In this document: positions 38,375-46,636 of the stretch, piece by piece
Layout of the letters: every line of letters starts with the position of its first letter
Numbering within the stretch: the first letter of the stretch is position 1
Assembly (NCBI GenBank): GCA_050015635.1
Contig: JBEKBA010000003.1
Span: forward strand, 73 to 64,072
Direction: 5' to 3'
DNA from: Verrucomicrobiota bacterium
Lineage (GTDB): Bacteria; Verrucomicrobiota; Verrucomicrobiia; Limisphaerales; UBA11358
DNA: 64,000 nucleotides
Translations under genes and position numbers: made by a program
Notes under the pieces: generated by a model
Databases searched by the model: none
What the model was told of the DNA's origin: nothing
The model's input: only the letters and a program-made list of their open reading frames with translations

Positions 38375-38827
38375 GTGAAACCGCACGCACATTCGCACAA
38401 GCGACAGGAATTATCCGCGCTGACAAATCGTTTGCGCGGGCAATCGCGTAAAATCACCGGGCCGCGCGCGGCGATTCTGGAAATTTTGCGCGCGCATCCG
38501 CATCCGCTCACGAACCGGGAAATTTTCGCCACGCTGCCGAAAGGGGATTGCGATCTGGCAACGATTTACCGCTCGATGCATCTGCTGGAAAAAATGGGCA
38601 TGGTGAAACGGTTTGATTTCGGCGATGGCGCGGCGCGGTTTGAGCTGGTCGGTGAAGACGACGACGGCCATCACCACCATCTGGTCTGCACACACTGCTC
38701 GGAAGTCGTTGAGATTGGAGAATGTTTTCCCAGGAAAATCGAGCAAGGCATCGCCGCCCGAAACGGCTTCAAAGCCGTGACCCACAAGCTTGAATTTTTT
38801 GGAATCTGCCCGGACTGTCAGCGGTGA
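38375..38827 (+). CDS. Fur-family metalloregulator (Zur-like by context)
   Basis: 150 aa with a GTG start. Winged-helix region R.AIL..L; H-rich site (DDDGHHHHLVC); two CxxC pairs (CTHC, CPDC). Confidence 0.85.
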   Translation: MKPHAHSHKRQELSALTNRLRGQSRKITGPRAAILEILRAHPHPLTNREIFATLPKGDCDLATIYRSMHLLEKMGMVKRFDFGDGAARFELVGEDDDGHHHHLVCTHCSEVVEIGECFPRKIEQGIAARNGFKAVTHKLEFFGICPDCQR

Positions 38828-38895
38828 ATTTTGCAGCGAACCAGTTTTTAATTAACCAAACTGGCTCTTTTTGGACAGACTATGAAAAACCAGCC

Positions 38896-39060
38896 TTACG
38901 CCAATTCTTCGGCCATCCAGTCTCCGAGGTGCAAGTATTCCTTGATTTTCCGGCGCTCGTAGCGATGTTTGAGCGCCTTTTTTGGTTGATGTTCAATTTT
39001 GCGAAACGGATATTTCGGATTACGAACCGCTTCGCCGATGGCTTCCAATGTCTTCATCAT
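38896..39060 (-). CDS. Small basic protein (hypothetical)
   Basis: 54 aa from MMKTLEAIGEAV..., convergent with the fur-family gene. No recognised family. Confidence 0.3.
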   Translation of the reverse strand: MMKTLEAIGEAVRNPKYPFRKIEHQPKKALKHRYERRKIKEYLHLGDWMAEELA

Positions 39061-39185
39061 AACTCGATTCCTTTCCCCTAAATTTCGCAGCGTAAACGAT
39101 GCCAACCGCCGCAAATTTATTTAAAATCTTTTATCCAAACTTCAGAAATAAGACGCGCCCGCGCGCCCGTTCGTTCAAAAGATTT

Positions 39186-40085
39186 TCACGCGAAACAAAA
39201 CGCACCCGAACGCCACTCCTTATCACTTTTTGCCGAAGCCAGTTTCAAGCCCGATTTTTCGAACGCCGTCTGCACGTGTGAAAATTCCGATCTTAAAATT
39301 CCCGCCAATACGAGGGTTCCGCCACGCCGCAACTGTTTTGCAATTCGTCTCCGTTCCGCGACCAGCAAGCCGGACATCAGATTTGCGCAGATTAAATCGT
39401 ATTGCCGGGGCGCGGGCAGCGGAAGTTTTGCCACGTCGCCACGCGATATCTTAATCCGGTTCAAAAGGCCGTTCACGCGGGCGTTGGCGCGCGCGATGCG
39501 GACCGCTTTGGGATCGGAATCCAGCGCGTGAACCGGTCGGCAGCCAAGTTTCGCCGCCGCGATTGCCAGAATTCCCGAACCCGTGCCGAGGTCCAGAAAC
39601 GATTGTGGTCGCCCACCGATCCGGCGCTTCACGATTTGGCCGAGGCAAAATGAAGTCGTGGGATGCCGGCCGGTGCCAAAACTCAATCCGGGATCCAGCA
39701 CGACGACTGCTTGATTTTTGAGCGGACGACGTTTGATCCAACCGGGTTTGACCAGCAGTTTGTCACCGATCACGAACGATTTAAAATGTCGTTTCCATGA
39801 TTCCGCCCAATCTTCGCGGCGCACTTTTGAAACCGTGATTTTGCCGGAGCCAATTTTCAGTCCGCAATTTTTGATTCGTTTCAGTCCGGCCAGGATTTTT
39901 TCGCGGATTTTGAGCGGCAGAATTTTTTTTCGCGCGGAATAAACGCTGACGGCGCAAGCCCGGGTTTCAAGGTCGAAATAGGACGAGATGGATTGGCCTA
40001 GGGTCGCCCCGAGAAGTTCCGCAACGGCGTCCCCGGCTTCGAGCGTCGTGGCGATGGAAATCCGCCAGAGCGGTTTTTGTTTCAT
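39186..40085 (-). CDS. prmA: Ribosomal protein L11 methyltransferase
   Basis: Starts MKQKPLWRISI. Motifs are DPGLSFGTG.HPTT and the SAM motif DLGTGSGILAIAAAKLG. The ATG overlaps the upstream stop (ATGA). Confidence 0.85.
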   Translation of the reverse strand: MKQKPLWRISIATTLEAGDAVAELLGATLGQSISSYFDLETRACAVSVYSARKKILPLKIREKILAGLKRIKNCGLKIGSGKITVSKVRREDWAESWKRHFKSFVIGDKLLVKPGWIKRRPLKNQAVVVLDPGLSFGTGRHPTTSFCLGQIVKRRIGGRPQSFLDLGTGSGILAIAAAKLGCRPVHALDSDPKAVRIARANARVNGLLNRIKISRGDVAKLPLPAPRQYDLICANLMSGLLVAERRRIAKQLRRGGTLVLAGILRSEFSHVQTAFEKSGLKLASAKSDKEWRSGAFCFA

Positions 40086-40741
40086 GCAACCCGATCGCGC
40101 CACGGCGTAAAGTTGAGCAATTCAATTTCATTCAAGTGCGGGTGCAGTGCGATCTGGGTGACGCTGGTATATTCAATTTCGAATGCGGCGGTTTTCGGCA
40201 GCGGCACATCGAGCAGAATCGCGAGCATCATGCGGATGACGCCGCCATGACAAAAAATGGCGGCGGTCTTCCCGCGATTTTGGCGGATGATTTTACGCAG
40301 GCAGGGTTCGACGCGCCTGCGGAAGTGAAGGGTGCTTTCGCCGTTTGGCACGACGCCAAGTTCGATTTTGTCGAGCCACTCGTAAGGATGGATGCCGAAC
40401 TTTTCGCGCACGGCATCCCAGCCGAATCCCGTCCAATCTCCGAAATCAATTTCGCGGAGTTCGGGAAAAATAACCGGCCTGGCCGCGCTCTTTTTGAGGG
40501 TCGGCGCGAGGGTTTGCTGCACCCGTTTCATCGGGCTGGCGTAGATGGCGTCGAATTTTTTGTCGCGAAGAAATTTTTCGAGTGTTTTGGCCTGCCGATG
40601 ACCGCGTTTGGAGAGGTTCATGTCAATGTTCCCGCCGAAAGCGCCTTGATAGCGCGGCTCAACTTCGGCGTGGCGGATGAGCAGCAGGCGGGTGGGCTGC
40701 GATGGCTTGATTTTTTGCCGGGGGCGTTTGGAAGAGGACAT
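40082..40741 (-). CDS. Histidine phosphatase family (phosphoglycerate mutase-like) protein
   Basis: 219 aa from MSSSKRPRQK. Catalytic RHAE motif (LLLIRHAEV) and a downstream H (FCHGGVIR). Confidence 0.8.
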   Translation of the reverse strand: MSSSKRPRQKIKPSQPTRLLLIRHAEVEPRYQGAFGGNIDMNLSKRGHRQAKTLEKFLRDKKFDAIYASPMKRVQQTLAPTLKKSAARPVIFPELREIDFGDWTGFGWDAVREKFGIHPYEWLDKIELGVVPNGESTLHFRRRVEPCLRKIIRQNRGKTAAIFCHGGVIRMMLAILLDVPLPKTAAFEIEYTSVTQIALHPHLNEIELLNFTPWRDRVA

Positions 40742-40748
40742 GGTGAAC

Positions 40749-41492
40749 TCAGGCCAGAGCTTTTTCCTGCGCGGCCAATAATTGGCGGATGCCCGACTTG
40801 CCGAGCGCAAGCAAACCGGCAAGTTGAGATTCCGTGAACGTTGCCTCCTCGCCGCTGCCTTGAAGTTCAATGAATTCGCCGGCGGAATTCATCACCAGAT
40901 TCAGGTCCACCGTCGCGGCCACGTCTTCGGTGTAACACAAATCCAGCAGCGGCCGGCCGTTGACGATGCCGACGCTCGCGGCGGCGACGGCCTGCAAAAC
41001 GGGATTCTCCGGCAATTTCCTTTCGGACAGCAATTTTTTTACCGCGAGCGACAAGGCGACAAATGCCCCCGTGATGGCTGCGGTGCGCGTGCCGCCGTCC
41101 GCCTGCAACACGTCGCAATCAATACAGATCGTGCGCGCGCCGATTTTTTCGAGATCAATCGCCGCGCGCATGGCGCGACCGATCAGGCGCTGGATTTCGG
41201 ACGAGCGCCCGTCAAGCCTGCCTTTGGTAATGTCGCGCGGTTTGCGTTGCAGCGTGGAATACGGAAGCATCGAATACTCGGCGGTGAGCCAGCCGCCGGT
41301 GACTTTTTGTTCTTTCATCCAGCGCGGCACGTTTTCCTCAATGGTCACGCCGCAGATGACGCGCGTTTGTCCCCATTCGATGAGTGTGGAACCGGCGGCG
41401 TAGGGCGCGATGTGATTTTGAAAGCAGATGGGCCGCAATTGGTCCACGGCGCGGGCATCGGCGCGCGGCGCGTTGGGATTTTCTGTTTGCAC
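40749..41492 (-). CDS. rph: Ribonuclease PH
   Basis: Collinear with E. coli RNase PH from RADARAVDQLRP (GS.L.E.G.T.V.C; WLTAEY.MLP; GR..EIQRLI.RA.R; DCDVLQADGGTRTA.ITGA). The GTG at 41492 best matches known N-termini. The track start at 41612 adds 40 unaligned aa. Confidence 0.85.
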   Translation of the reverse strand: MQTENPNAPRADARAVDQLRPICFQNHIAPYAAGSTLIEWGQTRVICGVTIEENVPRWMKEQKVTGGWLTAEYSMLPYSTLQRKPRDITKGRLDGRSSEIQRLIGRAMRAAIDLEKIGARTICIDCDVLQADGGTRTAAITGAFVALSLAVKKLLSERKLPENPVLQAVAAASVGIVNGRPLLDLCYTEDVAATVDLNLVMNSAGEFIELQGSGEEATFTESQLAGLLALGKSGIRQLLAAQEKALA

Positions 41493-41742
41493 GCGGCCAG
41501 CGTAAAGTTTCGGGTCAGGCAGGTCAAAATGGTTTTTTGCCGCAAATAAAATGGACGGCGTGAAATGAATGGAATAAATCTGCCGCCGAAGGCCCATATT
41601 GAATCCAGACACGTCTGGTTCTTCCTCGAAAAATTGTCTGGAATAAACCGCCCGTTCCTGTCTCTAATCCCCGAAGCCTTGTTGTGCGGCAGGCGGAACG
41701 TTTGCCGCAAGGAACGCAAACAAAAACAACAAAATAAAAATT

Positions 41743-42006
41743 ATGACCAGAACACAAAGAACACTCCTTGTCAGCGCGGCTATCACCGGCTTGCTGACGG
41801 GCGTCTGTGCGAAAACTTACGCGCAGAGCACCAACGCGCCGGGCACCAACGCGCCGAGCGGCGACACGGGCAAACACGACTGCCAGGGCAAAAACACCTG
41901 CAAAGGCCTGGGCGGTTGCAAGGGCAGCGACAATGGCTGCACAGGCAAGAACAGTTGCAGCGGCAAGGGCGGCTGCAATACCAAGGGCAGTTGCAAATCC
42001 GTGTAA
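41743..42006 (+). CDS. Cys-rich, Sec-signal-bearing RiPP precursor (bufferin BufA2-like)
   Basis: 87 aa. Signal peptide is MTRTQRTLLVSAAITGLLTGVCAKTYA. The core has 7 Cys in about 44 aa, with two C-x-G-K-N-x-C-x-G-x-G-G-C units. Sits immediately upstream of a DUF692 gene. Confidence 0.7.
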   Translation: MTRTQRTLLVSAAITGLLTGVCAKTYAQSTNAPGTNAPSGDTGKHDCQGKNTCKGLGGCKGSDNGCTGKNSCSGKGGCNTKGSCKSV

Positions 42007-42072
42007 TGTCCGGTTTCATTTTGGAGAGCGAAGTTGTGGAAATTTCGCTCTCCAATTTTTATTTGGAGAGCC

Positions 42073-42927
42073 ATGCCCGCCAATCCATTCAATAACTTTA
42101 CCGATTACGGCATCGGCATCGGCCTGCGCGTGCCGCATTACGATCATATTCTTTCCCGGAAGCCGGCCGTGGGATGGTTTGAGATTATCTCGGAAAATTT
42201 CATGTGCGATGGCGGGCGACCCCTGAAGGTGCTTGATCAAATCCTTGAACAATATCGCGTGGTGCAGCACGGCGTCTCAATGTATTTCGGTTCGTCGGAA
42301 AAATTGAATCGCGAGCATCTGAAAAAAATCAAGCGGCTCGTCAAACGTACGAACACGCCGTGGCTGTCCGACCATCTTTGCTGGGGCAGCGTGGACGGAC
42401 GCTACACGCACGATCTGCTGCCGATGCCCTACACCTTCGCCGCCGCGCGCGTCACCGCGCAACGCATCCGCGAGGCGCGCGATTTTCTCGAAGTTCCCAT
42501 CGCCGTCGAAAACGTAAGCAGCTACGCGGAATTCCACGTTTCGGAAATGACCGAATGGGAATTTCTCAACGAAGTGGTCGAGCGCGCCGACTGCGGAATT
42601 TTGCTGGACGTGAACAACATTTACGTCTCCTCGCGCAACCACGGTTTCAACCCGTTCGATTACGTGAACGGCATTCCGGCGCATCGCGTCGCGCAGATTC
42701 ACATCGCCGGCCACAGCAAATTCCAGAAATATATTCTGGACACGCACGACCATCCGGTCATTGACCCGGTCTGGAAACTTTACGAACGGGCGATCCAACG
42801 CACCGGCAAAACCGCGACGCTTTTGGAATGGGACGACCGTATTCCCTCGTTCGACGAAGTCCACGATGAAGCGTTAAAAGCCGGAAAATTCCTGAAACGT
42901 CTTGAAAACGAACTTGTCAGCGCGTAA
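42073..42927 (+). CDS. DUF692 / MbnB-like multinuclear non-haem iron oxidative (MNIO) enzyme
   Basis: 284 aa from MPANPFNN. DUF692 pattern runs throughout (GIGLR..H...I......WFE.ISEN; HGVS; LSDHLCW; LLP.P; ENVS.Y; LLDVNN.YVS..N; IHIAGH; DTHD; LLEWD..IP). Confidence 0.85.
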   Translation: MPANPFNNFTDYGIGIGLRVPHYDHILSRKPAVGWFEIISENFMCDGGRPLKVLDQILEQYRVVQHGVSMYFGSSEKLNREHLKKIKRLVKRTNTPWLSDHLCWGSVDGRYTHDLLPMPYTFAAARVTAQRIREARDFLEVPIAVENVSSYAEFHVSEMTEWEFLNEVVERADCGILLDVNNIYVSSRNHGFNPFDYVNGIPAHRVAQIHIAGHSKFQKYILDTHDHPVIDPVWKLYERAIQRTGKTATLLEWDDRIPSFDEVHDEALKAGKFLKRLENELVSA

Positions 42928-43840
42928 CCCGCAAACCCAGCGCGAATTTCACGAGTTGCAACGGCTCATGGCCCGCGCGGTCATGCGCCCGCTCGGTCGC
43001 GGCGACGCGATGCAACGCAAATGGATTGACGGTCGTCCGACAAAAAAAATCGCGGAAAGTTTCATCAAACCAAACGATCGGTTGAATTCCTTCGAGCGGC
43101 TCGAGATTTACAATCGTCAATACTGGTTTCGTATCCGCGATTGTTTTTACGACGATTATCCCGGCCTGCGCGCCATTCTCGGCGACAAAAAATTCGAGCG
43201 GCTCGCCGACAAATATCTCACGCATTGCCCGTCGCAATCCTTCACGCTGCGGAATCTGGGGTCGCGACTGGTGAAATTTTTGGAGGCTGAACCAAAGCTG
43301 GCTGCGCCACATCAGGAACTCGCGCTCGACCTGGCGCGGCTTGAATGGGCGCACACCGAAGCCTTCGACAACGAAGCTAAACCCCCGTTGCAAGCCAACG
43401 ATTTGTTGGACGCCGACCCGGCCAAAATTCGTTTGCAATTGCAGCCGCACTTGACGTTGTTGACACTCGAAAATGAAGTGGATGATTTTCTAATTGAGTT
43501 GAAAAAAAAATCAGGTTTGCGCAGCGAAGCAAGCAACGCGATGGAACAAAATCATCGCCACAAAAAAACGAAAATCGCGCGGGGACTGAAACGCGGGAAA
43601 AATTTTCTCGTGGTTCACCGTTATAATGACGGTGTTTATTACAAGCGGCTTGAACCGGGTCAATTTCTGGTTTTATCCGCGCTGCAACGCGGCGCGACGC
43701 TGGAAAAAGGCTGCGCGACCCTGATTCAATTAAAATCCTTCAAGGGCGATTTGAGCGAAAAGATCACAAAATGGTTTTCAAGCTGGGCCGCACTCGGCTG
43801 GTTTTGCGGTCTGGAAAATCCGGCGAAAGGAAAATCATGA
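42902..43840 (+). CDS. DUF2063-family partner protein (BufC/HvfC-like)
   Basis: 312 aa. Overlaps the DUF692 gene by 26 nt. N-terminal LQRLMARAVM...Y.RQYWFR pattern. Conserved position in DUF692 operons. Confidence 0.7.
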   Translation: MKTNLSARNPQTQREFHELQRLMARAVMRPLGRGDAMQRKWIDGRPTKKIAESFIKPNDRLNSFERLEIYNRQYWFRIRDCFYDDYPGLRAILGDKKFERLADKYLTHCPSQSFTLRNLGSRLVKFLEAEPKLAAPHQELALDLARLEWAHTEAFDNEAKPPLQANDLLDADPAKIRLQLQPHLTLLTLENEVDDFLIELKKKSGLRSEASNAMEQNHRHKKTKIARGLKRGKNFLVVHRYNDGVYYKRLEPGQFLVLSALQRGATLEKGCATLIQLKSFKGDLSEKITKWFSSWAALGWFCGLENPAKGKS

Positions 43841-44310
43841 AAAGATTGGGAAAAGGTCATCATTTTTTTGTTAAGGCGGCGAATTTTCTGCAGTCGCCAT
43901 TCCTGCTGGCCATCCGGCTTTACTGGGGCTGGCAATTTTTTGAAACGGGAAAAGGCAAGCTGGAAAATATACAAAACGTCGTCCAATTTTTTCAGACGCT
44001 TAACATTCCCATGCCCGAAGTGAACGCGTGGATCGTCGCCATCATGGAATGCTTCGGCGGACTGCTGCTGATGGCCGGACTCGGCTCGCGGCTGGTCGCG
44101 TTTGCGCTCGCGTTCGACATGGTCATCGCCTACATCACCGCCGATTCGGAGGCGTTGAAGTCCATCTTCACCGATTCGGACAAATTTGTGCAGGCCGCCC
44201 CGTTTCCGTTTCTACTGATGACGTTGACGGTTTTGGTTTTTGGGGCCGGCGTCTTCTCGCTCGACTGGCTGATGGGAAGAATATTTTTCCGCAAAACCGG
44301 AAATGCCTGA
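43837..44310 (+). CDS. DoxX-family membrane protein
   Basis: 157 aa from MKRLGKGHHF. LAIRLYWGWQF..TG..K and four hydrophobic helices. ATGA overlap with the upstream gene. Confidence 0.8.
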   Translation: MKRLGKGHHFFVKAANFLQSPFLLAIRLYWGWQFFETGKGKLENIQNVVQFFQTLNIPMPEVNAWIVAIMECFGGLLLMAGLGSRLVAFALAFDMVIAYITADSEALKSIFTDSDKFVQAAPFPFLLMTLTVLVFGAGVFSLDWLMGRIFFRKTGNA

Positions 44311-44365
44311 TGGCTGTTTTTTCGTCGGGCGCGAGCATTTTCGGATGCCCCTTGCGGGGCGGCCA

Positions 44366-44422
44366 ATGCGCCTGACGGCGCGGGGATGTGGGATAGGATC
44401 CAGGAAATCGGGAACAAAAAAG
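44366..44422 (-). repeat. REP-like interspersed element, copy interrupted at its end by the IS
   Basis: ATGCGCCTGACGGCGCGGGGATGTGGGATAGGATCCAGGAAATCGGGAACAAAAAAG is the reverse-complement paralogue of 11061-11116. Confidence 0.75.
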
Positions 44423-44451
44423 GGTAACAATATACCTGTCACAACATAGCC
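44423..44451 (+). repeat. Left terminal inverted repeat of the IS1595-family element
   Basis: GGTAACAATATACCTGTCACAACATAGCC. Confidence 0.85.
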
Positions 44452-44485
44452 ATTGGAGGTCGTTTGCCAGTATGTGACCTGATTT

Positions 44486-44659
44486 TCAACGGTGCTTTTT
44501 GGCTTCCCGTTTTTTTAAGTTGCTGGCCTGAAACGCAGCCAACTGTCTGTCTGATTCCGATTTGCTGACTGACAGCACTTTCTTGATGACTCTTTTGAAG
44601 CCGCCAAGCGAAATCAGCGGAACATCGTCGGCTGATTGATGTTTTGTTTTATTGTTCAC
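44486..44659 (-). CDS. Possible fourth passenger ORF, small basic protein (not in ORF track)
   Basis: 57 codons from a GTG that overlaps the upstream stop as GTGA. Reads VNNKTKHQSADDVPLISLGGFKRVIKKVLSVSKSESDRQLAAFQASNLKKREAKKHR. No in-frame ATG. Confidence 0.3.
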   Translation of the reverse strand: MNNKTKHQSADDVPLISLGGFKRVIKKVLSVSKSESDRQLAAFQASNLKKREAKKHR

Positions 44660-45189
44660 TTACTAAATATCTTAAACAGGCGTTTGAAAAATCCAATTCT
44701 ATCTCTTTGTAAGATTTTAACTGGTTCTCCGTAGGCTGGAAAGTTTCCATTAAGACACTCAATCGTATAATGTTCGATGACTTGATACGGGCCAAGTTTG
44801 CTTCTCCAATTTCCATTTACCATTTGTCTAGCGGCGTGCGTTGGCATATCGGGAGTCGTGGCCGGAAAAGCTCCAACGGGATCATAATAAATAACTACCT
44901 TTTCAAGATTTGGTTCGGAGGTAGAAAACTTGTTTTTTTGCTCGGTATATCTGAATAATCCAAACGCCTGAACAAACCCATCTACTGTTTCTTCTCGTTT
45001 TTGTAGTGGCCAATAATACTGTCCGTAAGGGTCTGGCCACCACCATCTAGTTTTATCGCCAGCGGCGTAAGCGATACAATTATATCTTTTAGTTGGCCAG
45101 ATAGTGACAGCGTGATATAAATCTCTTGTCAAAGATGGAAAACAGCCTTCAAGGTCGCGGGCTAGATACCATTTAATTCGGATAGCCAT
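44656..45189 (-). CDS. Passenger protein C: hypothetical, Trp-rich, with Cys...His pattern suggestive of a papain-like fold
   Basis: 177 aa. Motifs YNCIAYAAGD...WWWPDPYGQYYWP and, later, PTHAARQMVNGNWRSKLG. Overlaps protein B by 17 nt. Confidence 0.6.
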   Translation of the reverse strand: MAIRIKWYLARDLEGCFPSLTRDLYHAVTIWPTKRYNCIAYAAGDKTRWWWPDPYGQYYWPLQKREETVDGFVQAFGLFRYTEQKNKFSTSEPNLEKVVIYYDPVGAFPATTPDMPTHAARQMVNGNWRSKLGPYQVIEHYTIECLNGNFPAYGEPVKILQRDRIGFFKRLFKIFSK

Positions 45190-45832
45190 TCTCTTTTCCC
45201 CATTTCAACCAAGCTTCCCTCATCTTTTTTAGATTTCCAGCGTCCTCTGGCTTAATTGGAGAAATTTTTGCGATTGCTCTTAAGGCGGTGAACCAGTGGT
45301 TTGTTTCTTTTTTCAAATCACGATGAATAAATTTAATTGCCGGTCGCCCCATTCCAATAATATCCAAATAGGCAGGGTGCATTACAATTGCAGAGATTGA
45401 AGATTGAAATTGAGTTTCTTTTTTCCATCTTTTTGACAATAGATCAAATTCTGATTCTAATTGCGAAACGTCAACGGAAACAGTTGGGGCAACTATGTCG
45501 GTCGGAGAAATTACACTCGTCAGAGGGAAACTTCCATAATCGAACGTAATAGCATATCCATTTGTTTTCAATTCACATAAATCCCACTTTTTTTGCAATT
45601 CCTGCCAGAGAGATGTTAAATCACAAACACTCTGCTCTGACTTGCGGAAAAGAACATTATTTGGATTCATATCCAAGTGCAGCACGTCAACTTTTGGCGC
45701 TGGCACTTGTTTTTTAGCCGAAAACTGTGGATGATTAAACCAATTCAAAACGGCGCGACGTGGCTTCAGGGCAGGCGTATCATCATACTCCATCCATGAT
45801 TCTCTTTCAGATTTAGCTGCTAGTGTCTGCAT
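45173..45832 (-). CDS. Passenger protein B: hypothetical
   Basis: 219 aa with a helical C-terminal region (NHWFTALRAIAKISPIKPEDAGNLKKMREAWLKWGKENGY). Starts 10 nt after the protein A stop. Confidence 0.6.
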   Translation of the reverse strand: MQTLAAKSERESWMEYDDTPALKPRRAVLNWFNHPQFSAKKQVPAPKVDVLHLDMNPNNVLFRKSEQSVCDLTSLWQELQKKWDLCELKTNGYAITFDYGSFPLTSVISPTDIVAPTVSVDVSQLESEFDLLSKRWKKETQFQSSISAIVMHPAYLDIIGMGRPAIKFIHRDLKKETNHWFTALRAIAKISPIKPEDAGNLKKMREAWLKWGKENGYPN

Positions 45833-45842
45833 GAAAATTTAT

Positions 45843-46520
45843 TTATACTTCGAGATATGGAACGCTTGAGCTTTTTAGTATTGATTCAAGTGCTTTCGTC
45901 TTTTTCTCTGCACGAGCAATCACTTCTTTCAGAGACTTAATATCATCTGTGTCTAAAGCAACGTAAAATTCCTTGTGTTTGCCTGTTCCGCCATCATGGA
46001 ATCCAATTTGTAAATTGTGAATTATCATAGCACCTGACGCCGAATCAGCCGTGCTTGTGAACACTGGCCGTATGTCGGAGAGAACTCTTGCGCGGCAAAA
46101 AGTGTGCTTATGTTCGGTCATCACATCAAATGCTTTCGATGTAACCGCCATTGTTTTTTCAAAGCCGAGCAGCTTTTGGAGGCGGCTGATTAAAATCTCC
46201 TTTTTTCCTGTTGAAAATTCAAAGTCCTTTGATACGGATTCTAAAATTGATTCACCAACGTCGTTTGCTAAATCTTTAGCAGACAATTCCGCCCTCTCTT
46301 TCATCGCATACAAAATGAAAATAACCCTGCAAATCTCTGACAATTCATCAGTCTCAATTGTTTTAACTTTTTCTTTAACATTGCCGATGAATTGCCTGCG
46401 CCTCAAAGTGGGATTCGTCTCGCCAAATGCAGAAATCAAGGAATTGAATTGAGGATCGTCAAGTTCTGAAATCGCTTTTAGAACCGGCAAATCTTCGTCT
46501 GGAATGGTTAATGAAGCCAT
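45843..46520 (-). CDS. Passenger protein A: hypothetical
   Basis: 225 aa. Helical N-terminal half and a beta-rich C-terminal half (GAMIIHNLQIGFHDGGTGKHKEFYVALD). No recognised family. Confidence 0.6.
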   Translation of the reverse strand: MASLTIPDEDLPVLKAISELDDPQFNSLISAFGETNPTLRRRQFIGNVKEKVKTIETDELSEICRVIFILYAMKERAELSAKDLANDVGESILESVSKDFEFSTGKKEILISRLQKLLGFEKTMAVTSKAFDVMTEHKHTFCRARVLSDIRPVFTSTADSASGAMIIHNLQIGFHDGGTGKHKEFYVALDTDDIKSLKEVIARAEKKTKALESILKSSSVPYLEV

Positions 46521-46636
46521 ATAATTCCTATAAAAGACGCTCGTTTTGTTTCATTTCCATATAAATATAGCCGCAAAAATCAGCCGTCAAACGATTATTT
46601 TTTCTGTTGGCCGCGACGCTGACGGCTATTTGCCAT

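Noticed and set aside
41565-42226. Alternative-frame ORFs (41565-42095, 41807-42226, 41783-42055, 41817-42092) over the precursor gene
   Set aside because: They are artefacts of the repetitive GGC/AAG/TGC-rich core. Only the 41743-42006 frame has a signal peptide and a sensible start next to the DUF692 gene.
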